From: Octopus bimaculoides
Lineage: Eukaryota
Reading direction: 5' to 3'
Length of the DNA stretch: 64,000 bases
Assembly (NCBI RefSeq): GCF_001194135.2
Contig: NC_068981.1
Span: 190,973,555 to 191,037,554 of the forward strand
Shown here: positions 24,211 to 36,335 of the stretch, in pieces
How the letters are laid out: every line of letters starts with the position of its first letter
How positions within the stretch are numbered: position 1 is the first letter of the stretch
Translations under genes and position numbers: made by a program
The notes under the pieces: generated by a model
The model's input: only the letters and a program-made list of their open reading frames with translations
Database searches by the model: none
Told to the model about the DNA's origin: nothing

Positions 24211-26301
24211 TTATGTGGACTATAGAGAAATGGTACTGAAAGCTGCAGGTTAGGTGTCGCTGAAAAGTGTTTTGTACTTAAGAGGTGTAACAGATCTGCA
24301 GACTACACACATACAGAGAGATGCATAAGATTGCAAATCAGGGATGTAGGAACTCATATCAGTTGATGGAGACAATGAGTAGGGGGTGCATATGGGTTAT
24401 GCAAGTGAAGAGTAGGTGTGGATGCAACATATGCTTATGTAACTGTATGAACCTGTGGGAGAAATTAGCATTTTAAAGCCATTGACCTTTAAAGTGTGTG
24501 TGTGTGCATGTGCATATTAACATAGAATCAGATGTCTTGTGAGATGATCTTGAGAGTTGACATAGAATATATTTTGTGAAGCTTTTAATTATAGTAGATG
24601 GGTGTTTGGAGAGATATAGCGGTTGTATGGTCTCATTTCAGCTTTTGTCCTGTGTTTATTGAGAGGTTTTATATGAATCTAATATTCTGAAAAAGCAGAG
24701 AACTTAAATTGACATTAAATGATGACGAAGATGCTTAGAAGATACCTTAGAACTGGTTGACAGCCTGTGTTGCCTAGGTGACCTAATCAACAATAAGGGA
24801 AGTGTTCTAAAAGCTTAGTAGCCAGAGTAAGAAATGGGTGGAAAGAAGTTCAGGAAGTTGTTACTTTAACAGAGAGGTAATAACCCAAAGAGTTATTAGT
24901 TCTGTTGGCAACAGGGAGAATCTCTTCTACAAGTTAAGGACAGATCATGCATGAAGTGTAAGATGGTATGGTAAACAAGGGCATTAAATGTGGAGGGTGT
25001 ATAAAAACTGGAAAAAAAATAGAGAAAATGTTCCACTCAATGTGCATGGACAGTGGAGTACAAGTGTGTTGAGGGGCTGGGGTGACTGGATACAAGAAGA
25101 AATGTACATAGTGTGCAAGACTGGCAGGGTGGATATGTGATGTGTAAGGTGGGGGTGGGGTGATAGTCGAGTAAAGAAGAGCCAGATGGAAGAGAGGAAG
25201 ATGTGAGAAAAAATGTCAAAAGATATTCTTGAGAAGACGACTAGGAACTAACCACAGCAAGTGGCAAAACATGGTACTGGAGAAGATAGGACCAACTCAT
25301 GCAAGAATGGAAGCACTAATATCACATCAAGTTGATGGTAATGATGATGAAACATACATTCACTTTCTCTCTCTCTCACTATCCCTCTCTCTCTCACTCT
25401 TTCTCCTTCTCCTCTCTCTCTCTCTCACATACACACACAGATGTGCCTGCACATGCACATTCCTGACTAATAACACATGGCAACAGCACACCCTTATGTA
25501 TTTTTCTCTGTGTCTATATCTCGTTATGTTTAACACTGAGTAATTGGAATGAAGCTACATGAAATAGGACAGATAGTTTAATGTGATAGTTTGATAATGA
25601 AAGATGGTCATTAAACTTCTCACACCACCAATAATGTGTTATCACACTGGATTGCTATCCGCTGCCAGTTCTCTTCTATACACTTGAGGTTATTGAAATG
25701 TATGTCTTTTAATTTAAACTAGGTTTTCACAACTTCTTCCTTTCTCCAGACACCAAACATCAATTAGTACAATTTCAATTATTATATTGCTTCTTAAAGA
25801 GTGTGAGACAGTAAAAGACACAAAGACAAAGGAAGGCATTGTAATTAATTATTATCAGGGATAAAAATCAATCAATAATATGTGATTACAGTGCCGAGTT
25901 CTGATGGTAGCAATATGGCGTGACTCGCGCATTCATTGTATCATGTAAAATATCTGGACAACATTTCTTAAATAAGATGATTCAATTAAAGTATACATAT
26001 ATGTCTTACTCTCTAATGGTGTGTGTGTGTGTGTGTGTGTGGTTATCATGTGTAAATTTATGTATCTGTGTTTTCTTGCTCTCTCTCTCTCTTACACACA
26101 AACACAGTCACATTTCACATTATATGCAAAATTTGTTGATCTTTGGGGAAATATGTGAATTGTTTTAATTAAATCTTTTGACTCGCAACTATCTTCCATG
26201 TCTAATAAATTTGTCACCTTATAAATGCTTGCATGTTGAACAACTTGTCCAACTTAGAATCATTAGAGCAACAGATCAAATGCTTGTGTTTGAATAATAC
26301 T

Positions 26302-26715
26302 GCTGAGGTCAACTTTGCCTTCCATTCCTCCAGGGTTAATAAAACAAGGCACCAGCTGAGTACTTGGGTCGATGTCATCATCATCATCATCATCATATGC
26401 CTGTTTTTCATGCTGGCATGAGTTGGACGGTTTGACTGGGGACTGGCAAGCCAGGAAGCCACACCAGACTCCAATCTGGTCTGTCAGTGTTTCTACAGCT
26501 GGATGCCCTTCCTAATGACAACCAATCTGATTGTGTAGTGGGTGCTTTTTATGTGCCACTGGTACAGGAGTCAGTCAGGCGACACTGGCATCAGCCACAT
26601 TCAGATGGTGCTTTTTACTTGCCACTGGCACAGGAAGCCAGTCAGGTGGCACTAATTAATGAAATTCCTTCCTCTCGAAAAGCTGCTGGCCTTGTGCCAA
26701 ATTTGAAACAATCAT
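26302..26715 (+). mobile_element. Head-B/gamma SINE part interrupted by an antisense C element
   Basis: B stops at GGGTCGATGT (26375) and the gamma tail resumes near 26665. Confidence 0.75.
26376..26655 (-). mobile_element. C element nested in a B SINE
   Basis: (CAT)n..CTACAGCTGGATGCCCTTCC. Confidence 0.85.
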
Positions 26716-27667
26716 AAAGCAGTGAGTTCACAGAATTGTTAACACATCATACAAAACACTTGGCTGCATTTCTTCTAGCTTTTTATTTCCTAAATGCAAA
26801 TTACATTGAGGTTAACTTTGCCATTCAAATGCTAAGCTGGAGTTTCACTGCTAGAAGTAATTTAGTATCTTGTCCAGAAGAAATTTTTGGTAGCTAAATT
26901 AATTAATCTCTCTTTTAATTAATTGTTAATGAAGTAGACCTCTCCAGCTCTCTCAGATTATCTATTTTACCATAAAACCAATCCTCTTGGCAAGCCAAGT
27001 TTATAATTTGTTTTTATTTTGCTTTCATCATTAGTACCTTTGAAAAGGTATGAACATCATAAACTCTCAATTACGTTGGCCTTGTAAATCAAAGGCTTTA
27101 TGTAGTATTTCAAGAATCAATATCTCTTTGAATGTGTTTCAGGACCTGGTAGACAGACCTACCATATTCTTATTTTATCAGCATAATGCAGGAAATGACA
27201 TTGTCTTCAAGACAAGTCAAAGAATCTTTGACAGTCATCTCTATAAAGCATTCTATATAATGGTCATGTTGTGTAGTAGAGATTTCAAAGATGACATTAG
27301 TTCATACAGCATCAGAATTTTTTTTTTTTTTTCCACCAAATTTCAATGACTTTATCATGTTCTGTCATCGAATAAAAGACATTCCATATCTGTAGACTGG
27401 TTCATATCCTTATATTTTTACCTTGGAACTTATCACTTCCAGATGATCACATTTATATAACATCAGTATATATTGTCAAAAGACACTGGTTTCCTACCTT
27501 CAAACCACATCTGCCACCCCATTTATATTTTAATTAGTTTCTTGTCATCATAATTAAAGATTATTTCAATTTTCTGTCGGTATTTTATAAAAAGTTGTGG
27601 GTCTGTTAAGTATATTAGTGAAGTTAATAAATGAGAAAAACCTACCACCATAAACTCGTTTTTGATG

Positions 27668-28085
27668 CAACCATGGCTGTCTGGTGAAGAAGTTTACTTC
27701 CCAACCATATGGTGTTGGCTTCAATACTATTGTGTAACACCTTGCCAAGTGTTTTCTACTATAGCCATGGGCTGACTACAGCCTTGTAAGTGGACTTGAT
27801 TGATGGAAACTTAAAGAAGCCAGTTGTATGTATGTGCACATGGTTGTGTCTCCTTGTCTTGTAATAGGTGTAAATGAGTTTCGTGCAAACAGTGTCATTC
27901 ATTTCTAGTATTCTGTAAAAGCAGGTCTGCCGGGGTGGGGGGGAGATAGACCTCACTTGGAGACAAGTGAGGGTTTGTGACAGGAAGAGCATCATCTGAC
28001 AGTAGAAAATCTGCCTCACTAAACTCTGTCTGATCCATGCTGGCACAGAAGAGTGTATGTTAAAACAATGCTGGTGATGAGTTTA
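27668..28085 (+). mobile_element. Head-A/beta SINE
   Basis: Head 27668-27835 followed directly by the beta body ending GGTGATGA. Confidence 0.8.
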
Positions 28086-28964
28086 TGCAGCTGACCTGAG
28101 TGACCCTATCCAACATGGAGAAACACACATGCAAACAATGATGTGCTTCTTTTCTCTTTTTTAAAATTCTGCTGAGCTTGCTATTTTCTGTTAGTGATGG
28201 GAATTGATAAAACTCAACATTTTATCTTTAAGCGAAAATTTTCAAACAGCTTTTATCAAATATTTGCCCTTTCCTTGGTTTTCCATCCACCGTTATCATT
28301 CTTCTAAACCAATCTCTGGATTTAATTGCTGCCTGCATAAATGAGATAATGCTTCCATATTCCTTCTGTTTTGTTTTTGTTGTTTTTTTAATTAAATTTG
28401 CTGTTAATGTGTCTGGTTGAATAATTAATACCAGTTCTATATCAACAGTTTAATTTAGAAGATACTTTTTATCCTTAACATATTTCAAATGTGCTAAACA
28501 ATGTGTAAATGCTCATTGTTCATGTTTTTTAATTAATTAATCTAAAGACAGGAGGTTAATAGGATAGATAATTTATTAAAAATATAAAATAGTTTCTGAA
28601 ATTGTTTAAATAGTATGTCAAAATACAGGTTAGTTCATAATCATTCAGTTGATGTATGGTAGAAAATATATTACTTAGAAACGCCATCAACATGAAAAAT
28701 TAGCAGTTAGGTTAGTGTATCATTGGTACAGAAGTATTGTTGTGAAATAAACAAACTTTACAGTCAATTTTGATCTGCAAAATGGCTATTTTCACTTTTG
28801 TCATGGAAGAAAATTTTCACTTTGAGCAAAATGTGTAAAACACCAAAGTCACTTCAGAGCAAATACAAATGCATATGTTAGTCTATGGACTAACATATGC
28901 ATTTCAAGCTCTTTATGCTCTCATCAGTATTAGATACCAAGCTGTCTGAAATGACTGAAAGTAA

Positions 28965-29503
28965 GAATTTGAGGCCTTGTGCTTCCAATAGAAAGGATTA
29001 TTATTATTACTGTTATTAAGGTGGTAAGCTGGCAGAATCGTTAGCAGGCCAGGCAAAGTGCTTAGCAACATGTCATCCATCTTTAGATTTTGAGTTCAAA
29101 TTCCACTGAGGTTGGCTTTGTCTTTCATCATTTCAGGGTTGATGAAATAAGTACCAGTGAAACACTGGGGTCGATAAATTAAGTACTAGTGAAACACTGG
29201 GGTCAATACAATCGACTATCCCCCTCCCCCCCGAATTTCAGGCCTTGTGCCTCTAGTAGAAAGTCTTATTATCATTACTAAGGCAGTGTGTTGTCAGAGT
29301 CGTTAGCACACTGGACAAAATACATAGAAACATTTCATCCATCTGCAGATTCTGAGTTCAAATACTACTAAGGACAACTTTGCCTTTCATCCTTTAAGGG
29401 TCAATAAAACAGATATCATTTGAGCTGTGGGATATGGTGTCATCAACTAACTCCAACTCCTGTAAAATTTCAGGCCTTGCACCTACAGTAGAAACGATTA
29501 TTA
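28965..29503 (+). mobile_element. Head-to-tail array of head-B/gamma SINEs (tail 28965-29012; copies 29016-29278 and 29279-29503)
   Basis: Each copy starts in the (TAT)n tail of the previous one; the middle copy has a tandem duplication of AAGTAC(C/T)AGTGAAACACTGGGGTC. Confidence 0.85.
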
Positions 29504-29911
29504 GCGTTGTTGTTATTGCAGATCTCATGTTTGTAACTTAAATCAATAATCTGGAAATTTTATTTATTGTTCACTCGTGGAACTGCAGAAATAACAGACA
29601 GAATATATCACAATGGCAGACCATTGTTAAAGTAATCTCAAGACAAAGTGTCTGTCAACTGATAAGGTGACAGCACAAGTTTATTTGTTGAAAGGCACAC
29701 AGATGCACACATAAATCAGTAAGAGAGTGAGGTATACACACACATATATTATATATATGTATATATATATACATACAGTGTACATTTAAACACATAAGAG
29801 AGATGTCCATAATAGGACATCTAACCCGCTAGAAGGAGCAGTCAAACTCCAAACTACAATTAGGGATAATTTCAAAAGGGAATGAAAGATAAAAACATTT
29901 ATATGTATATA

Positions 29912-30131
29912 GGGTGTGGTTGTGTGATAAGAAGCTTGTTTCTCAGCCACATGGTTCCAGGTTCGGTCCCACTGTGTGGAACCTTGGGCAAGTGTCTTCT
30001 ACTATAACCTCAAGCCAACCAAAACCTTGTGAGTGGATTTGGTAGACAGAAATTGAAAGAAGCCCGTCATTATATATACATATGTACACACCCCTTTGTG
30101 TGTCTTTGCATCTATGTTTGTCCCCGCATCA
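29912..30131 (+). mobile_element. Head-A SINE 5' half (left arm of an inverted pair)
   Basis: Head plus linker, ending where the RTE sequence begins. Confidence 0.9.
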
Positions 30132-30138
30132 TTATTAT

Positions 30139-30745
30139 AGACACTCTAGCCAAATCGACTACATCCTCGCCAGAAATAGGGAAAGAGGGCGGCTTATAAA
30201 TGCCAAAACCTACCCTGGCGAAGAATGTACCCCACAACATAGATTAGTAGTTAGCGACTTTGGGATCAAGGCAAAATGGGTGCCCAGAATTAGACAGGCT
30301 TGGAGAAGAAGGGTGTGGAAGCTTAAAGACCCTGCAAACGGACAGAGACTTAGAGACAAGTTACTTGAAGCATTTAACGAAATAGAAGGGGATATAGCAT
30401 CATACAACGTGGAAGACAATTGGAGATTTCTGCGGGACAACCTGTTGAAAGCCACCGACCAGATTTNNNNNNNNNNNNNNNNNNNNNNNNNNNNNNNNNN
30501 NNNNNNNNNNNNNNNNNNNNNNNNNNNNNNNNNNNNNNNNNNNNNNNNNNNNNNNNNNNNNNNNNNAAAAGCACCCACTACACTCTCTGAGTGGTTGGCG
30601 TTAGGAAGGGCATCCAGCTGTAGAAACTCTGCCAAATCAGACTGGAGCCTGGTGTTGCCATCCGGTTTCACCAGTCCTCAGTCAAATCGTCCAACCCATG
30701 CTAGCATGGAAAGCGGACGTTAAACGATGATGATGATGATGATGT
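30139..30745 (+). mobile_element. RTE LINE fragment: endonuclease C-terminus and linker, gap, then intact 3' tail
   Basis: 30139-30466 is stop-free: SQIDYILARNRE..PGEECTPQHRLVVSDF..WKLKD (APE motifs); C tail with (GAT)n at 30567-30745. Confidence 0.9.
30467..30566. other. Assembly gap (100 N, probably a placeholder of unknown size)
   Basis: N run of exactly 100. Confidence 1.
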
Positions 30746-30761
30746 ATGTATGTATATACAC

Positions 30762-31146
30762 ATTCATTCTTTTATTCTTTTACTTGCTTTAGTCATTTTT
30801 GACTGCTGTCATGCTGGAGCACCACCTTAAAAGGTTTAGTGGAACAAATTGACCTCAAGGTATCAGTCTCTCTCTTGCTGAACCACTAAGTTATAGGGAT
30901 GTAAACAAACCAGTAAGGGTTGTCAAACAGTGATGGGGGAACATACACAGATGCAAAGACACACAAAGGGGTGTGTACATATATATAATGACGGGCTTCT
31001 TTCAGTTTCCATCTACCAAATCCACTCACAAGGTTTTGGTTGGCTTGAGGTTATAGTAGAAGACACTTGCCCAAGGTGCCACACAGTGGGACTGAACCTG
31101 GAACCATGTGGTTGGGAAGCAAGTTTCTTACCACACAACCACGCCC
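30762..31146 (-). mobile_element. Head-A/alpha SINE; 30931-31146 is the right arm of the inverted pair
   Basis: Full-length reverse complement sharing its linker with 29912-30131. Confidence 0.9.
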
Positions 31147-31162
31147 TATATACATATATATA

Positions 31163-31400
31163 TATATCTTTTATCTTTTGCCAGTCTCAGTTATTTGACT
31201 GCGGCCATGCTGGAGCACTGCCTTGAATAACTTTTAGTCGAATGTATCTACCACACTATTTATTTATTTTAAAGCCTGGTATTTATTCTATCAGTCCCTT
31301 TTGCTAAACCGCTAGGTGATGAAGGCATAAGCACACCAACACCAATTGTCAAGTTGTGGTGGGGAACAAACACAGACACAAAAACACACACATAAATATG
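31163..31400 (-). mobile_element. Alpha body of a head-A SINE
   Basis: TTTGACTGCGGCCATGCTGGAGCAC. Confidence 0.85.
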
Positions 31401-31401
31401 T

Positions 31402-31592
31402 ATCATCATCATCATCATCATCTTTTAACATCTGCTTTCCATGCTAGCATGGGTTAGATGGTTTGAGTGGAACTGGTAAACCGGACGGCTGCGGCAGGTT
31501 CCAGTCTGATTTGACGTGGTTTCTATGGCTGGATGCCCTTCCTAATGCTGACCACTCCGAGTGTGTAATGGGTGCTTTTCGCATGCCACCAG
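31402..31592 (-). mobile_element. C element
   Basis: (CAT)n..GGATGCCCTTCCTAATGC. Confidence 0.85.
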
Positions 31593-31776
31593 CATGGGTA
31601 TATATGAAAAATAAGCTATTTTACTTCTTTAATCTCAAAATTGGATCAATACACAATTGACTGTGGAGTTTTATTTTGTATTTTTCATTTGCTCGTCTAC
31701 AACATGTTGGAGCAGGGTTTTTTCCTGTTTCCTCTTATAATAATATAATAATTTATATATATATATATATATATAT

Positions 31777-31924
31777 NNNNNNNNNNNNNNNNNNNNNNNN
31801 NNNNNNNNNNNNNNNNNNNNNNNNNNNNNNNNNNNNNNNNNNNNNNNNNNNNNNNNNNNNNNNNNNNNNNNNNNNNNNNNNNNNNNNNNNNNNNNNNNNN
31901 NNNNNNNNNNNNNNNNNNNNNNNN
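31777..31924. other. Assembly gap (148 N)
   Basis: N run. Confidence 1.
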
Positions 31925-32165
31925 CTCCCTCTCCTCTTAAAGGTCCTTTGTCTTGCATGTTACTTGGTGACCCTACCAGTGCTGGTGCCACATAAAAAAC
32001 ATCCAGTCCACACTGGATTTAATTTAGAATTATTTAGAAGAAATATTACCTGTCCTGGAAACAGGACAGGTTAGTGACAGGAAGGACATCCAGTTGTAGA
32101 GAAGTTTACTTCAACAAAGTTTCCTGTGGCTAATGCAAGCATGAAAAAGGGGACATTGAAAGGAT
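31925..32165 (+). mobile_element. RTE-type tail fragment
   Basis: CTTTGTCTTGCATG..GACAGGAAGGACATCCAG. Confidence 0.7.
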
Positions 32166-32190
32166 CATGCTCTGTCACTTACATGTGACA

Positions 32191-32508
32191 ATGTGGTAAG
32201 AAGTTTGCTTTCCAGCCACTTGGTTCAGAGTTCATTCCCATTATGTTGCATCATGGGCAAGTGTCTTCTGCTTTGGACCTGGATCGACCAAAGTCTTGTG
32301 TGTGTGTTTGGGTCTCTCACATCTCGCTTGACAACTAGGGCTAGTTTGTTTACACTCCTGCAATTTAGTAGTTTGGCTTAAGAGACCAATACAATAAATA
32401 ACAGGTTTCAAACAAAAAATTGTACTGGATCGATTCATGCAGCTAAAACCCGTCAAAGTGGTGCCCCAGCATGGCCACAGTCCAATCACTGTAACAAGTA
32501 AAAGATAA
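32191..32508 (+). mobile_element. Head-A/alpha SINE, diverged
   Basis: Head plus alpha tail ending AGTAAAAGATAA. Confidence 0.8.
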
Positions 32509-32526
32509 ACTCTCTCTCTCTCTCTC

Positions 32527-32576
<50 letters not shown>

Positions 32577-32727
32577 AGCACACACACACACACATGTATA
32601 TACAGGGTGTGATGGGTAAATTGTTGCCATTTTATATTTTTGAGTTTATGCATTGTTTGATTTTGATTTTGTCAACTACACAGTATAGTAGGGTCAGTTG
32701 GGCACCATCTGTAAGAAAAACAACACC

Positions 32728-33359
32728 ATGTCACAATTCACTCTGACAGAAATTTGGAGACAACATACTGTACTGCTTGGAATTGATTCCAGAAGCTCCA
32801 ATACGAATATTTCAGTGTTTGAGTGTCTATCTGAGGACAGTGCAGTCTGAGAAAATGTACCGAGAGTGGTAAAAATCAAACATCCAATCAACATAATGGT
32901 GTTTGGAGTGATCACTAGTGATAGCGACGTTATGCCTCCGTTCATTTTCCTCCACAGCCTCAGACTCAACATGGAGGCCTACATCAAGTGTCTGGAGGAG
33001 GTAGTGCTGCCCTGGGTCAAGAGGCTGGCTGCTGGAAGACCCTATGTCTGGCAGCAGGACTCTGCACCATGCCACACAAGCAGGAGAACCCAGTCTTGGC
33101 TGCCAGATCATTTCTGCGACCACATCACCCCTATATCTGGCCACCTAACTGCCCAGACTGCATCCCCCTTGATTATTATGTGTGGGGTGCAGTTGAGCGA
33201 GAGACCAACAAAACTTCTTGTAACACGAAAGATGAATTGAAGGCAAGGATTATGGCAGCATTCACCAACTTAAACAAGGAGACCATCCAGAAGAGTTTCT
33301 GGAGATTCCAAAGTCATGTGGAGGCCGTAGTTGAAGCCGATGGCAATTTTATTGAATAA
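32728..33359 (+). pseudogene. DD37D transposase remnant (N-terminal stub fused to the catalytic C-half, frameshifted)
   Basis: ATG at 32728 (MSQFTLTEIWRQ..); VWQQDSAPCH..[1-nt deletion near 33132]..WPPNCPDCIPLDY gives 37 residues between the 2nd and 3rd Asp once repaired; first Asp region missing. Confidence 0.88.
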
Positions 33360-33399
33360 ATTTACTCTTTAGTATTTCAAGATATTTTTATGTAATTTT

Positions 33400-33460
33400 G
33401 GCGGTGCTCCAGCATGGCCGCAGTCAAAGGACTGAAACAAATAAAAGAGTAAAAGAGTAT
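33400..33460 (+). mobile_element. Very short alpha-tail SINE insertion inside the mariner
   Basis: GGCGGTGCTCCAGCATGGCCGCAGTCAAAGGACTGAAACAAATAAAAGAG. Confidence 0.85.
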
Positions 33461-34477
33461 ATCTGTTAAAATAAGATGTCAGTGTTATTTTCATTTTTGC
33501 GTAATTTAGACAACAGTTTATTCACACCCTGTTTATACGCACATACATACATGCATGCATACATACATACATACAAACATACATACATACATGCATACAT
33601 GCATATATAGATACATACAAGGATATACATACATACATACATGCAAACATATATATGCACGCACACACACACACACATCATTTTGTAACAAATGAAATGT
33701 TTGCTAAACAGAATTTCTTGCTTTTTTTTTTACCTTATTTTTAAACATAGTATTTCATGGAATCATTTCTCTGTTCAACTAAACTGATATGTAGCATTAA
33801 CATTTCCTTTGTTTCCTATACAATGTCACTTCATTTTTTTTTTTTTTTTACATCTAACATTCTAGATATTTACTTAATTTATTTTACCCTTTTATTTTGT
33901 TTGTTAACATATCTACTACAGTACAGTGCACTTGGTATCTTTCACTCGTGGCTACAAAGTAATGATTTTAAATAAAATTCGGTGTAGATTCTGAACATTT
34001 CAGTTTGTCAGGTTGACATACATAATCATTTTAATACCACACAATTTTCTCAATAAAAACAACAACCTTAGGCTGAAACAAGCCGAATTTATTGTGGACT
34101 CTTAATTAAAACCTAAAGAATGATTCCACAGTTAAACAACAAGGTAGCATAAGCACTAAAAGCCTCTAAACTCATCTAAAAAAATTTTTTTTAATATACT
34201 CTTTGTTATTACTAGAAATTCTAAGATCTTTGTAATAAGTAAGTAAAAGACAAATGTATGTTCTGTGAACCTTCTCCCTTGTTCATCAATTTCAAATTCA
34301 AACTTCTAATTGCACCAGTTTATGTAGAAATGATTATCTTCCTTACAGTAACTGGCCACCAGGGTGCACTACATGTTTGAAACGCTTTGCTTCATTTGAT
34401 GGTTAACATCATTATCTGTACAAAATATTAAAAAGATTCCTCTTAAAATGTCATAGCCAACAGTACCAAATATGGTA

Positions 34478-34769
34478 ACACTACTTGTTGAGCAATTCTC
34501 AGCTATGGTCATTGTTTCTGGTTCTTTCATGTTCTGAGTTCAAATCCCACCCAGGTCAATTTTGCCTTTTGCAGCTGATAGAATAAAATACCAGCCAAGT
34601 ACTTGGGTTGATGTAATCAATTTGCCTCTCCTAGCCTTGTGCAAAAATTAACTGCTTCCCAACCACATGGTTCTGGGTTCAGTCCCACTGCATGGCACCT
34701 ACTATAGTCTCAGGCTAACCAAAGCCTTGTGAGTGGATCTGATAGACAGAAACTGAACAAAACCTGTCA

Positions 34770-34772
<3 letters not shown>
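34478..34772 (+). mobile_element. Head-B SINE (to about 34645) followed by a head-A fragment (34652-34772)
   Basis: GTTCTGAGTTCAAATCCCACC..; then CTTCCCAACCACATGGTTCTGGGTTCAGTCCCACTG. Confidence 0.75.
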
Positions 34773-34819
<47 letters not shown>

Positions 34820-35021
34820 NNNNNNNNNNNNNNNNNNNNNNNNNNNNNNNNNNNNNNNNNNNNNNNNNNNNNNNNNNNNNNNNNNNNNNNNNNNNNNNNN
34901 NNNNNNNNNNNNNNNNNNNNNNNNNNNNNNNNNNNNNNNNNNNNNNNNNNNNNNNNNNNNNNNNNNNNNNNNNNNNNNNNNNNNNNNNNNNNNNNNNNNN
35001 NNNNNNNNNNNNNNNNNNNNN
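34820..35021. other. Assembly gap (202 N)
   Basis: N run. Confidence 1.
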
Positions 35022-36297
35022 TATTATTCAAAAGAATTCCAAGTTTTTTTGTTTCATTTATATTCTTATAAAATTAATGTGGGATATAGAATATGGAATA
35101 TATAGTATATATAGTAAAATGAAATGAAGTATAGAATGTCTTATTGAATAAATGAAATATTGAATATTAAATATTAAATACTGAAGGACTAGTATACTTT
35201 CCTGCTTTCTAGCAGTCTTCAAGGTCCCATGTGACAGAAATGTTTCAACTGTAGTTGACTGGCTGTCTTTTGTCTTTTATATACATTCCTGTGGACAGCA
35301 GTAGTAGTAGTTGTTTGGCTATTTTTAGAAATGATGCCAGACCATTTTTCAATGTTTATTTTTAGAAATGATGACATTTGAGAGATTTTTTGTTTAGGTA
35401 TAGGGATAAGATTTTTAAACCCCAAATAAGATTAATTTAATCATTGTTTGTTAAGCTTGGTTTGAATTTCTTAACAAAGTCCTATTCTCTCAGTTTTCTC
35501 TCAATTTCATTCAGATTGTAAAGTTTATGAAATGGAAATATCATAAAAGTTTTTCGACCACATGTTGCCAGATGGCTACTCAGTGGTATTTGGAGGACCT
35601 CTGGGTTTTTAATCTGTTGTCGATACACACACCCTTATGTGGTCTGCACTAGAAATACCATGAATGGGGCCTTGATGTTTAGGCAAACCTGGATTTCTAA
35701 ACAGGACCACTCCAGTCTTGTGCAACGAACTATAGTTGATTATGACCATTGTAATTGTTGTTGTCATCATCATCAGTACCAGCCCATCAGCATCATCTCA
35801 ACGTTCAGTATCATACCTGCCATTTTCATCACACCACCACCACCACCATCATCGTAATTTCTTTAAGTAAACTGATGTTTAAATAACATTCAATGCTTAT
35901 TCAACAAATGTAGAATTGTATGAAACCATATGAAAATTCTCTTTAACTATTTAGTGGTTATATATTCACTGAAGGTTTCCCTCCCCCTGTATATAATGCA
36001 CAAGATTGTGTGCGTGCGTGTGTGTGTGTGTGTGTGTGTGTAAAACTGTTGTGATTTCTTAAATTCATATTAAGCAATAGTTTATCAAATGTAGTTTATT
36101 TTACATATCTCAAGACATTGATTAACATTTCATACAACTTATTTTAATCAAATAATTTCTATATTTTAATACCAAAACGAATGGTAAGAGTTTGCTTTCT
36201 TCCTTGCTATATCGTAAAAATTACCATAATTGAAAATAGTCTTATCTCAAGCTAAAGGGAATTGCTTTCAAGTATCATACATAGAATGAACTTTGTC

Positions 36298-36335
<38 letters not shown>

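Larger units (their letters stand above)
32603..33531 (+). mobile_element. Internally deleted Tc1/mariner transposon, DD37D (maT) type
   Basis: TA|CAGGGTGTGA.. left end and ..TCACACCCTG right end (imperfect TIRs); transposase remnant inside. Confidence 0.9.
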
